A stretch of DNA of 64,000 bases, taken from the IMG/VR virus record IMGVR_UViG_3300047320_000099, positions 6,791 through 70,790 of that record; one strand, given 5' to 3'. Under the pieces are notes generated by a model. It was not told the DNA's origin. It saw only the letters and a program-made list of their open reading frames with translations, and did not search any database. Both the position numbers and the translations under genes were made by a program. Position 1 is the first letter of the stretch, and every line of letters begins with the position of its first letter. Below are positions 34,823 to 43,149 of this stretch, in pieces. Origin of the DNA: a virus.

Positions 34823-36075
34823 TATCTTGGGCGGTCTTGATTGGCGCGATTGGTTTTTTCAGCGGCTTTGACCGGATTTCCGTAAGCCTGCTGCATGAGC
34901 TGGGCGGCTCGCTTGTTCATGTAGTCAGGAACGGGGATATTAGCGGTCGTCATATCCTTGATCTGAGAGGTAAGGCTGGTCAATTCATCCCGTACCGCCT
35001 TCTGTGCTTTGGCGCTATCCTCGATAACTTGGAGGCGGGCATGCTCCGCGTAACCCTCCGCTTCGGCATCGGCCAGAATGGGGTTAAACGACCCCAGACG
35101 GGCTTCGTTGGCCCGGATGATACTTTGGACCATCTGCTCATCTCCACGGGCAGCGGCGGCCTTTACACGATCCCTCTCGGGGGCCACGTCATTCAGGTAG
35201 GCTTTCGCTTTCGGATTATCTCGATACTGCATCGCTCCCCGCATTAAGCCGATCTGCATCTGGGATGCGATCTTGGCTCGGGCTCCCTCATTGATATTGG
35301 GATTGGCGAGAGTGGAAGAGATGCCTCGATTGGCGGCTTGGAAGAACTGCTCAAACTCATCCTTGGGGGTGGTTTGCGCAGCCGTAGCCGCAGCCACCCC
35401 AGCCACCACTTTCTGGTTAGGATCGAGATTCATCGGCGGAAAGGGACGCATGCCCCCCAAGCCACCCGCAGAGGCCCCGGCATTTCCGAAGAGCGCTCCC
35501 ATGGGTTCCTCGCCTCCATCGGTCGGGAGGGATGGATCGGCTACGCTTCCTCCCTGCTCCCGATAGGCTTGGGCGGTCGCCATATCCATGGGATCATTCG
35601 GATCAGGAACATATGCACCATCAACCTCGCGAGAGCCTGATGGATCTACCCAGCTTTGCCGGATGGCGGCTCCCACTCCATTGACCTGATTGTCCCAAGC
35701 GATGATCTCCTGTGGTGTTCCATTGACAGGGTAGGGAATGTTCTCAGCGGCGGTTTGATTCGCCTCCAGCCTAGTTTTCTGGGCATTACGATAATCCGTT
35801 AGTGCATTAATGGATTCCAGCTTAGCGGTCTCCAAGGCATCCCCCTGAAGCTGCCGTCCCTCCAGCATGGTCATCTTCTTCTGCGCCATGACATTGTCGA
35901 AAGCGTTCTGCTTTTCGAGCATGTCGATCTTGCGCAGATCGAGGGACTGATTGAACAATTGCTCCTGCTCGCGCAACTGCATGGTCCGCGTTTGGACAAG
36001 GCTCTGCTGGATCGCGCTGAAATTGGCAGCAGTGCGATTGGCTTCCTGATTGAGGTATTGGAAGGGGTCGGCCAT
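34822..36075 (-). CDS. Internal virion/ejection protein
   Basis: Gln/Ala-rich helical protein; probable start MADPF; synteny. Confidence 0.65.
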   Translation of the reverse strand: MADPFQYLNQEANRTAANFSAIQQSLVQTRTMQLREQEQLFNQSLDLRKIDMLEKQNAFDNVMAQKKMTMLEGRQLQGDALETAKLESINALTDYRNAQKTRLEANQTAAENIPYPVNGTPQEIIAWDNQVNGVGAAIRQSWVDPSGSREVDGAYVPDPNDPMDMATAQAYREQGGSVADPSLPTDGGEEPMGALFGNAGASAGGLGGMRPFPPMNLDPNQKVVAGVAAATAAQTTPKDEFEQFFQAANRGISSTLANPNINEGARAKIASQMQIGLMRGAMQYRDNPKAKAYLNDVAPERDRVKAAAARGDEQMVQSIIRANEARLGSFNPILADAEAEGYAEHARLQVIEDSAKAQKAVRDELTSLTSQIKDMTTANIPVPDYMNKRAAQLMQQAYGNPVKAAEKTNRANQDRPR

Positions 36076-36076
36076 A

Positions 36077-37027
36077 TTAACCTCTGAAGTAAACCGAGCC
36101 TGAGTAGGCGTTGGGGTTGTAGGTAGAACCGGGGAAGGGGTTCTGGTACTGGCTATTATACTGAGGAGCGGCCTGGTAGTTATTAGCCGCGATGGTGGGC
36201 TGCTGTTGGCGTCCCATGGAGCCTCCATAGGCTCCGTAAATACTGCCTGCCGCCATCAGTCCCTGGGAAGCGGCGTTCCACATATTGGCGTTAGCCGCCT
36301 GATTCACCCCGGCTACATTCGGGGCTTGGAACTGGGCCTCCAAGCCGAAGCGCTGCATCTCCAGATTCCCGAGAGAGCCGAGAGCATTCATCTGAATGCC
36401 TGCCTCCGAAACCTGATTCTGCCTCTCAAAATCAGCCAGAGCCATTACCGTTGGAATGGGATTGAGGATATCCGGCTCGAAGCCCTGACGGAAAGCGAGA
36501 GCGCGGAAAGCCGAGGATTCTCCCTGCTGCTGAAGTCTGATTTTATTCTCCACACTGAGGTTCTCAGCAAGCCCGGCAGGGCCTCCGAGAGAGCGGGAGA
36601 GGGCAGAGCCTTCCAGAGTCCTTGTGATCTCTTTGGGGAGAGATTTGAAGTCGTAGTTGGCTCTCTCCAGATTGTCCGTGAGGAAGGAGTCGAAGAGGGG
36701 GCGATTGGAACCCAGTACACGACCGAAAGACTTATCGGCCTGCTTAAACATAAAATCCTGGGCATCTTCAGTCAGGCCAAAACCGGCATCCTGGAAGTCC
36801 AATGGATTAACATTAAGCTGGAATTCGGATAGCCCTTCCAGTCCTGCCATCGTAGAGGCTCCGGGGTTGCGGTCAGAGAAGAGTTTAGCCAGGGCCTCGG
36901 AACGCGCAACTTCTCCAGAAGCCTGTTTTTTGGCAGACTGAGAGGAGGAATAAGCTCCAATTCCGGCGGTCGCAATACTGGCAACCCCTAATCCTACGGC
37001 GATGTAGCTGATATAACTTCCTCCCAA
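36077..37027 (-). CDS. Ejection/pilot protein (start codon uncertain)
   Basis: Gly/Ala hydrophobic N-terminus SYIAVGLGVASIATAGIGAYSSSQSAKKQA. Confidence 0.7.
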   Translation of the reverse strand: MGGSYISYIAVGLGVASIATAGIGAYSSSQSAKKQASGEVARSEALAKLFSDRNPGASTMAGLEGLSEFQLNVNPLDFQDAGFGLTEDAQDFMFKQADKSFGRVLGSNRPLFDSFLTDNLERANYDFKSLPKEITRTLEGSALSRSLGGPAGLAENLSVENKIRLQQQGESSAFRALAFRQGFEPDILNPIPTVMALADFERQNQVSEAGIQMNALGSLGNLEMQRFGLEAQFQAPNVAGVNQAANANMWNAASQGLMAAGSIYGAYGGSMGRQQQPTIAANNYQAAPQYNSQYQNPFPGSTYNPNAYSGSVYFRG

Positions 37028-37488
37028 TAAGGTAGTTGTGGTGAGTGAAACTTAGCCCTATGAGGCTGATCCAGAAGGCGCTCCATGATCTTTTCCACAT
37101 TCCGATGCTCGTTTTCCTCATCCGTGAGCCTATGAAATGTAGTCCAGACCGTATCTTCGAGAGCATACAGCACTCTTCGGGTTCCCGGCAAGGTGATTCC
37201 GTGCTCGGGCGCATCTAGTCTTATCCATGAGTTAGTATCCGGGGTCCAAACGGCGATCACTCCCATTATTACCACGTACTGGTGCTCTGTGAGATGGATC
37301 TCACTAGTTAGGAGTAGATCCTTTGGGAGATAGACTTGGCGGGAATAGAGATGATCGGTGAATCGATGTTTTACCGGAACACTGAAAATGGCTCCGGGCT
37401 GGAGGGCCATCTCTTCCTCCAGGCGATCCATGGATTCCCAGCTTGCGGCCAGATCAAGAGTCTTGATGCTGTCGATCTGGAGTTCCAT
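36994..37488 (-). CDS. Cupin-like protein preceding ejection genes
   Basis: HRFTDHLYSRQV..LLTSEIH..EH..PGTRRVLYALEDTVWTTFH. Confidence 0.65.
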   Translation of the reverse strand: MELQIDSIKTLDLAASWESMDRLEEEMALQPGAIFSVPVKHRFTDHLYSRQVYLPKDLLLTSEIHLTEHQYVVIMGVIAVWTPDTNSWIRLDAPEHGITLPGTRRVLYALEDTVWTTFHRLTDEENEHRNVEKIMERLLDQPHRAKFHSPQLPYWEEVISATSP

Positions 37489-37500
37489 CAGTTAAGGGCA

Positions 37501-38529
37501 TTAATAGGCGACTCGGTTACGGCGCTTGTTGCGGGCATTGGAAGCACCTACCCAAACGCGGGGCAGGTTCATGTTTCCGCCGATATTCTCCTGAAGCTGG
37601 CCGTTAAGATGCAAAAGCCCCGAAGCAAGATAGGAGGCCGACTTCTGGGGATCATAATTGGTATCGATCCCGTAATAAATACTCATACAAAGATCGATGA
37701 GGGCATTAGGAGACTTGATAGTCAGGATCTCGTCCATGTGATAGGGGCGGGGAGGCTCGGCCTTCTTGGCCAAGATCTCCACCCATTGATTGCAATTGCA
37801 GCCTGGAGGGATGTGGTAGGCCCGCAGATCGCTCTCGGTCTGGCCGGGAGCCAAGGTGACCAGCTCACGCATATAGCGCGGGCCTTGGGCATAGATGGTT
37901 ACCGGCCCGATGGTCTGGGTCTTCAAGATGGCCGTGATGCCATCCGAGGCGAAAGCGTTGCTCGTGGTGTAAGCTGAACTGTATTGACCGTTCTCCTGAA
38001 TCTGGGCCACCTTGATCTCTTCCCCTGAATTGGAGGTTTTGATCGCAGCCCCACACTCGTCTATCGTGTTGTAGCGATAGATTTCCTCTCCATCTGAATT
38101 GATGCCCTGAATCACCACGGGCTGACCAATGTCCTCTCCGATCTTGGATTTGGATACTGCCAGCACCTTTTCACCGAGAGCGATCTTGTGGACAGTTGGA
38201 ACCTGCTGCAAATCCCATACCCCCTGATAATCCCAACAGGAACGGGTTCCTGGGCCATTCGGAGAGAAGGTATACCAAACGGGATGGATCATCTCAGGGA
38301 TGCCTTGATAATTGATGGCCAGCATCACCCCATACTTAGCAGGGAGAACAATTCGGCGTTCGAAAACACGCACGATCAGCCGATCCATCGAGCCCCACCA
38401 CTTCCCGCTGTTCCAAGCTAAAAGTACAGCTAAGTGAATGGTATCGATGAGCCTTTCTTCGTCCCATTGCTCCTGAGCATTGATGCGAGGAGCAATAAGT
38501 CTTATGGCCTCTCTTAATGGGATGATCAT
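37501..38529 (-). CDS. Putative head-tail adaptor/gatekeeper protein
   Basis: Size and position in podovirus-like tail module. Confidence 0.45.
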   Translation of the reverse strand: MIIPLREAIRLIAPRINAQEQWDEERLIDTIHLAVLLAWNSGKWWGSMDRLIVRVFERRIVLPAKYGVMLAINYQGIPEMIHPVWYTFSPNGPGTRSCWDYQGVWDLQQVPTVHKIALGEKVLAVSKSKIGEDIGQPVVIQGINSDGEEIYRYNTIDECGAAIKTSNSGEEIKVAQIQENGQYSSAYTTSNAFASDGITAILKTQTIGPVTIYAQGPRYMRELVTLAPGQTESDLRAYHIPPGCNCNQWVEILAKKAEPPRPYHMDEILTIKSPNALIDLCMSIYYGIDTNYDPQKSASYLASGLLHLNGQLQENIGGNMNLPRVWVGASNARNKRRNRVAY

Positions 38530-38533
38530 AGGT

Positions 38534-38956
38534 CTAGTTTTTCGTTATGTAGGACACACCTACAGGAGGAGTGCCGGGGAAAATAGACCATCCCGTAGGG
38601 GCGGTGGCGCTCGGCCAGATGCCTATAAAGCCCGAGGGGATAGCATTATCCGGCTCTGCGTCAGCGGGAATCGGGATGAAAACATACTGACCCTGAACGA
38701 CTAACGCAACTCCGCGGGGTTTGGCGACTCCCCCGGAGCCCGTTCCCCTCACCCATAACTTGCCAAAGTTATCCCCCGTGGGCTCAGTAGGCCCAAAGTA
38801 AATACCATTATTGATAGCCGCGAGTACAGCCTGGCTATCGGCCACCATGTTCTCAGCTACGAGATCAAGAATGTCCTGTGGACTCTTAATATCGCAGAGG
38901 GTTTCACCTACCACGGCTATGGCCTGCCGGAGGGGTATCTGAGGATTGGATGGCAT
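38534..38956 (-). CDS. Tail-associated protein with partial tail-collar-like C-terminus
   Basis: IPSGFIGIWPSATAPTGW. Confidence 0.5.
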   Translation of the reverse strand: MPSNPQIPLRQAIAVVGETLCDIKSPQDILDLVAENMVADSQAVLAAINNGIYFGPTEPTGDNFGKLWVRGTGSGGVAKPRGVALVVQGQYVFIPIPADAEPDNAIPSGFIGIWPSATAPTGWSIFPGTPPVGVSYITKN

Positions 38957-38958
38957 AA

Positions 38959-40839
38959 TCAGGAGCAGCCACAAGATGGGGCCGGAGATGTGGGTGACTG
39001 GCTTCGCGAAACCGTTTCACAGGCTGGAGTTAGAACGGGGATTTCAACCACCAAATATTGAAAGTCCTTCTTGGGGCATTCTGGCTTCTTAGTAATAACC
39101 CTCTTACCCTCTTTTGTCACGGAGGATGTGGGATTGGGCTGCAATACCGCATTGGCCCCGAAGGCAGACATCTCGAATTCCCCCTCCAATTCAAATCGGT
39201 ATTGCTTGAAATAGAAGCGGTCCACTGAGATTCCCAGAGAGCTTTTTTCCACTTCACTAGGAAGAGCCCAGCCGTTTCGGGCTTCGGGAGCCACAATGTT
39301 CCAAGGGTAACAGATCTTATTTCCCCGCTCGTCCTCCAAGGCCTGCTCAGGGCAACAGGCTCCCACCTGATGGGTAATGGAATAAAAGGGCCACCATGAT
39401 CCGCTGAGAGTAGAACGACTATAGCCTCGTACCTTCACATCGGTTAAGATCCGATCCAGGGTGTAATATCGGTAGTCCAGGGACTTGAGTTGGTAGATGG
39501 AATCGAAGGCGTAGGATCGGGTCTCCAAGATGCATTCGATATCCTTGCGTTTGCCATCCGGGCCTATGTCATATCGGTCCTCTACCATCTCATAGATGCG
39601 GTTCTTTCCGTCTCCATCGAAGCTCACGGTAAAGAGTTTCTCAATAGTATTCTGCTGGTGCATGAGAATCCATGGCCTACACCCGGTCCAGAGGCCCTCA
39701 AATCGTCTGGGAAGGCGCTGCATGGACCCATAGTAAGGGGCCGGATTCATACTGATAAGCCCACGAAAGTAGCAGTAGCCGTTCGTCAGGGTGGGGCTGA
39801 CTGTCGTAAGGAGCCTCCCTCGGAAGTTGACCGAATATACCTGGTCTAGCATCCATGGGGTATCGTTCCTGAAGTAATAATCTACCTCAATGGAATTGCT
39901 GATCAACTCGTCGCTATTCTGCCATTGAGCTTGGGTCTGCTTGAAATTAACGAGTCCGGTAGCCTGAGTCCGGTAGAACAGATTGACATTGTAGTTTTCG
40001 AAGGAAAAGGCGCTCGTGGCTCCCGCGTTAGCGATAACCAAGCGCACAAGCCCAGCCCCCTCGGGCCTCCAGAAGTTGGGCGGAATGTTGGCGGGCACCG
40101 AAACGGCATAGACATTCTGTTCCGTGGAGAAAACTAACTCACCGCCATTCTGGTCCAAATTGAAATATCTCTGGGTTCCGACCGCTGTGATCCTCTCCCG
40201 GTCATCGGGAGGGACAAAACCGAAGAGATTCAGGTCCACCATTTCCTGGGTGCTCAAAGGATCTTGGAGATCGCTGAAGAACACAGCCGTAGCCGTTTCA
40301 TTAACCCACCATAAGCGATTCTGGATATACGCCATCATCAACGTGACCCCAAGCTGGTTGGCGTTGGGATCAGTTCTGGTGTAGGCTCCTCCAAGCCCAA
40401 GTATATAAGGGAGGCTCTGGCCATCCGAGACGATTAAGCGATTACCAGGTATTCTACATGTGTAGACTTTTGTACGGGTCGAGTTATTCGGATTGCCTAG
40501 ATTGATGGCTTTCCCGTACCAGTGGCCCTGGGTCTTCTGATTGAAGAAATAGATCAGCCCTGAGACTGAGACTACGAGACAATCTGAATTACCGTCGAAG
40601 TACCACGAGCCTCCCTGGACGTGGCCGGTCTCGAACTTCTCCTGCTCCAGCGGAGAGTTCCATTGGACGGTCTGCCAGTGCCAGCCGGGTCTCGGTTGGA
40701 TGTTGTCGCCTACGGTCGTTATCGACAGGTTAATGCCTTTGGCGAACTGGCGGCTATCGATTTCATACGATACTCGGGATAGGTCCATTCCCCCGTAGAA
40801 GGAGAACGTGCCGTCCGATTTGTTGGTAGACGTAGCCAT
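38959..40839 (-). CDS. Tail nozzle/tube (P22 gp10/T7 gp12-like beta-propeller)
   Basis: DGTFSFYGGMD N-terminus, beta-rich, YIQNRLWW..VFFSD; synteny. Confidence 0.6.
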   Translation of the reverse strand: MATSTNKSDGTFSFYGGMDLSRVSYEIDSRQFAKGINLSITTVGDNIQPRPGWHWQTVQWNSPLEQEKFETGHVQGGSWYFDGNSDCLVVSVSGLIYFFNQKTQGHWYGKAINLGNPNNSTRTKVYTCRIPGNRLIVSDGQSLPYILGLGGAYTRTDPNANQLGVTLMMAYIQNRLWWVNETATAVFFSDLQDPLSTQEMVDLNLFGFVPPDDRERITAVGTQRYFNLDQNGGELVFSTEQNVYAVSVPANIPPNFWRPEGAGLVRLVIANAGATSAFSFENYNVNLFYRTQATGLVNFKQTQAQWQNSDELISNSIEVDYYFRNDTPWMLDQVYSVNFRGRLLTTVSPTLTNGYCYFRGLISMNPAPYYGSMQRLPRRFEGLWTGCRPWILMHQQNTIEKLFTVSFDGDGKNRIYEMVEDRYDIGPDGKRKDIECILETRSYAFDSIYQLKSLDYRYYTLDRILTDVKVRGYSRSTLSGSWWPFYSITHQVGACCPEQALEDERGNKICYPWNIVAPEARNGWALPSEVEKSSLGISVDRFYFKQYRFELEGEFEMSAFGANAVLQPNPTSSVTKEGKRVITKKPECPKKDFQYLVVEIPVLTPACETVSRSQSPTSPAPSCGCS

Positions 40840-40841
40840 GA

Positions 40842-42002
40842 TTAAGCATAGTAGCCGTCCAGGGAAATTACCATGCGGAAAGAGTTTCCGTCTCCAACCG
40901 AACCGAGGTTCTGCCATTCGTGGTAGACCGTCTTATCGCTTGGGGTAAGAGGGACCGTGGCGTACATAGCATCGGGAATAGGGTCGGAACCTCCCAGATT
41001 GATCTGACGTACCGTGTCGTACAGGTAGGCTCCCGAGCTGTGGATGGATTCCGCTGGACCTCTCATGTAGGTGGAGAAGTACAGGCCCTGATCTTCGTCG
41101 GCATCGGGTTGGTAGATGTAGAAGACCCGCATGGATGCGGCGATAGCGCCAGCAGGCACTCCGAAAGCAGCTAGATCGATGTCTTCCGACATGGCGGATG
41201 CGATAGTTCCACCCGACTCGCTGGTTACCGACTTTTCCAGGAGTTTGACCCGGAGGGGAACAAAGGCTCCACCGAGGGATTGGCGTAGGCAGCCGTCTTC
41301 CGTGATTCCTACCGCTCGTACCGTCTCATCCTCACCTGCGGCGGTCAGGCCGTCCACGAAGCAGATGGTGTTCTTGCAGAAGCGCATCCAGGGGAGCTTC
41401 TTCCAGCAGTTCGGGTCTTCGGGTTGCGGGCAGTCTCCCGCATCGCAGGCGCTCGTCAGGCCCATCAGGAAGACGCATTCGGCATCCGTGGTCAGCGGGA
41501 AGTCGGGCGTACAGAGAGGATTGTCATCCGAGATGGATTGCAGGCACTCCTGAAAAGCATCGCACTGAGCTTCGGCATCCAGACAGGGATTAGAGCCGGT
41601 GATCCAGATGTTATTGACGCCGCAGACTTGGGTTCCCGGATCGGGATTCCCGGTGATCGCGGTTACCCCATCGTCGCAGGAATTGCGCAGGGTCAATAGG
41701 TTGGTGACCGAGTTGATGCCTACCACTGGATACCTGCCAAAGGTGGCGAACTGTATCCACTGACCGATGGAAAACTTGGAGGCGTTGCAGAGGAGCGGGA
41801 GATTGAACGTAGCTCCTACTGCTGGAATGGTCACACACGCTCCCGTAGTGGGCGTGGAGGGCTGGAAGTAGACCGGGCAATCGGATGGCTGTCCTGAATT
41901 CCCCAAGCAATTATTATAGGTGATCGGAATGATCGCTTGGCCTATAACATTGTTGTTAGGAATGCAGGAGCATGGAGTTGAATTACATCCGCAATCAGGC
42001 AT
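40842..42002 (-). CDS. Cys-rich structural/fibre protein
   Basis: About 21 Cys in the N-terminal two-thirds; beta-rich C-terminal domain. Confidence 0.55.
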   Translation of the reverse strand: MPDCGCNSTPCSCIPNNNVIGQAIIPITYNNCLGNSGQPSDCPVYFQPSTPTTGACVTIPAVGATFNLPLLCNASKFSIGQWIQFATFGRYPVVGINSVTNLLTLRNSCDDGVTAITGNPDPGTQVCGVNNIWITGSNPCLDAEAQCDAFQECLQSISDDNPLCTPDFPLTTDAECVFLMGLTSACDAGDCPQPEDPNCWKKLPWMRFCKNTICFVDGLTAAGEDETVRAVGITEDGCLRQSLGGAFVPLRVKLLEKSVTSESGGTIASAMSEDIDLAAFGVPAGAIAASMRVFYIYQPDADEDQGLYFSTYMRGPAESIHSSGAYLYDTVRQINLGGSDPIPDAMYATVPLTPSDKTVYHEWQNLGSVGDGNSFRMVISLDGYYA

Positions 42003-42360
42003 TTTCTTGTTGCTCCTTTAACTTGAGCGTCGATCTACGAATAGTAGCGGTTGTGTCTACATCGGGAGGGGTAATAGAAAGGACGTGGCGGCGGAGATCG
42101 TTGATCTGACCTTGGGCGGCATCGAGCCTCTCTTCCAAGGATTCGATCTTGGCGTCCTTCTTGGCCATCTCCTCTTTATACTCCTTCTTAACGTCTGTGC
42201 GCTCTTTCAGGAGAGCGCCCACCACCAAACAGAGAAGTCCTATCACTCCACCGCTCTTAACCAACTGCTCCAAACTTCCCAAATCAGCGGGAGCTGCTTG
42301 GGCTATTTGGGCGGTTAGGGAAGCCGAGGTTACCGCTAGGGCCGTGATGAAGTCTTTCAA
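41995..42360 (-). CDS. Membrane protein with coiled coil (holin/spanin-like)
   Basis: TM segment GGVIGLLCLVVGALL followed by coiled coil. Confidence 0.5.
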   Translation of the reverse strand: MKDFITALAVTSASLTAQIAQAAPADLGSLEQLVKSGGVIGLLCLVVGALLKERTDVKKEYKEEMAKKDAKIESLEERLDAAQGQINDLRRHVLSITPPDVDTTATIRRSTLKLKEQQENA

Positions 42361-42389
42361 GGTGTGGGTCCATTATTTGCATTAACGAC

Positions 42390-43004
42390 TCAGGCGTTCT
42401 GGATAGCGATCCACGTGAAGGTATTGGTGCCTTCGCCATTGACCACGAAATTAGCTCCAGGGGTAATGGTGCCACGGCTTATATTAGCCTCGGCAGCCAC
42501 TGAGGCGGTATTGTAGGAGACCACAATAGCCGTATTGGCCGTTACCCAAGTAGCCGTTACCGTGGCGGTTCCGCCAGACAGAACCCCTACCCCAGAACGA
42601 TAGATGGGCTGCACCACTGAGGCGCGAGTAAACGCACCGCCAAGGACCAGATCGCCCGTCATTGCCGTATCGTCACCAACCGTCAGGTCGTCGGTAACGA
42701 TCACATCTCCCGCCGTTACCGTGGTAAAGGTCGGAGTTGGGCCTACGCCGCCTGAAGGGGTACCGCCCGTGAATGAGCCACAGATAGGCTGGCAACAGGC
42801 ATCGTCCCAAGCCGGGAGAGCGCCGGTCAGCGCATACTGAAGCAGGATGCCGTTAATGATCTCCAGATAGGTCCAGAGCTGGTTGTCGGTCAGATTGCAA
42901 CACCCAACCGTCAAACACGCATAAACATCCTCAGTGTCGAGGATGGCGAGCGTTTCCGCCTGTGCCGCATAGATGGCAGCTAGTGAGTTGTAGTAGGGAA
43001 GCAT
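42390..43004 (-). CDS. Capsid-associated fibre/decoration protein
   Basis: Directly after capsid; Thr/Val/Gly-rich beta repeats; CC pairs. Confidence 0.55.
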   Translation of the reverse strand: MLPYYNSLAAIYAAQAETLAILDTEDVYACLTVGCCNLTDNQLWTYLEIINGILLQYALTGALPAWDDACCQPICGSFTGGTPSGGVGPTPTFTTVTAGDVIVTDDLTVGDDTAMTGDLVLGGAFTRASVVQPIYRSGVGVLSGGTATVTATWVTANTAIVVSYNTASVAAEANISRGTITPGANFVVNGEGTNTFTWIAIQNA

Positions 43005-43100
43005 AAAAGAATTGCGGGCTTCTCACCCACTGGGGACTTCCACTCAGTCCTGAGTTTTTTGGTTGTTTACACCAAGGAGATGTTACGGGGTGTTGCAGGC

Positions 43101-43131
43101 ATTTCAATCCACGCCCCAGTGAAGGGGCGAC
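43101..43131 (-). CRISPR. Solitary type I-C-like CRISPR repeat GTCGCCCCTTCACTGGGGCGTGGATTGAAAT
   Basis: GTCGC start, CGCCCC/GGGGCG hairpin and GTGGATTGAAA(C/T) end match the type I-C repeat pattern; no second copy seen. Confidence 0.85.
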
Positions 43132-43149
43132 TCCTTAATATTAAGGAGT
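43130..43149. repeat. Perfect 20-bp palindrome ACTCCTTAATATTAAGGAGT spanning capsid stop
   Basis: Self-reverse-complementary. Confidence 0.9.
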
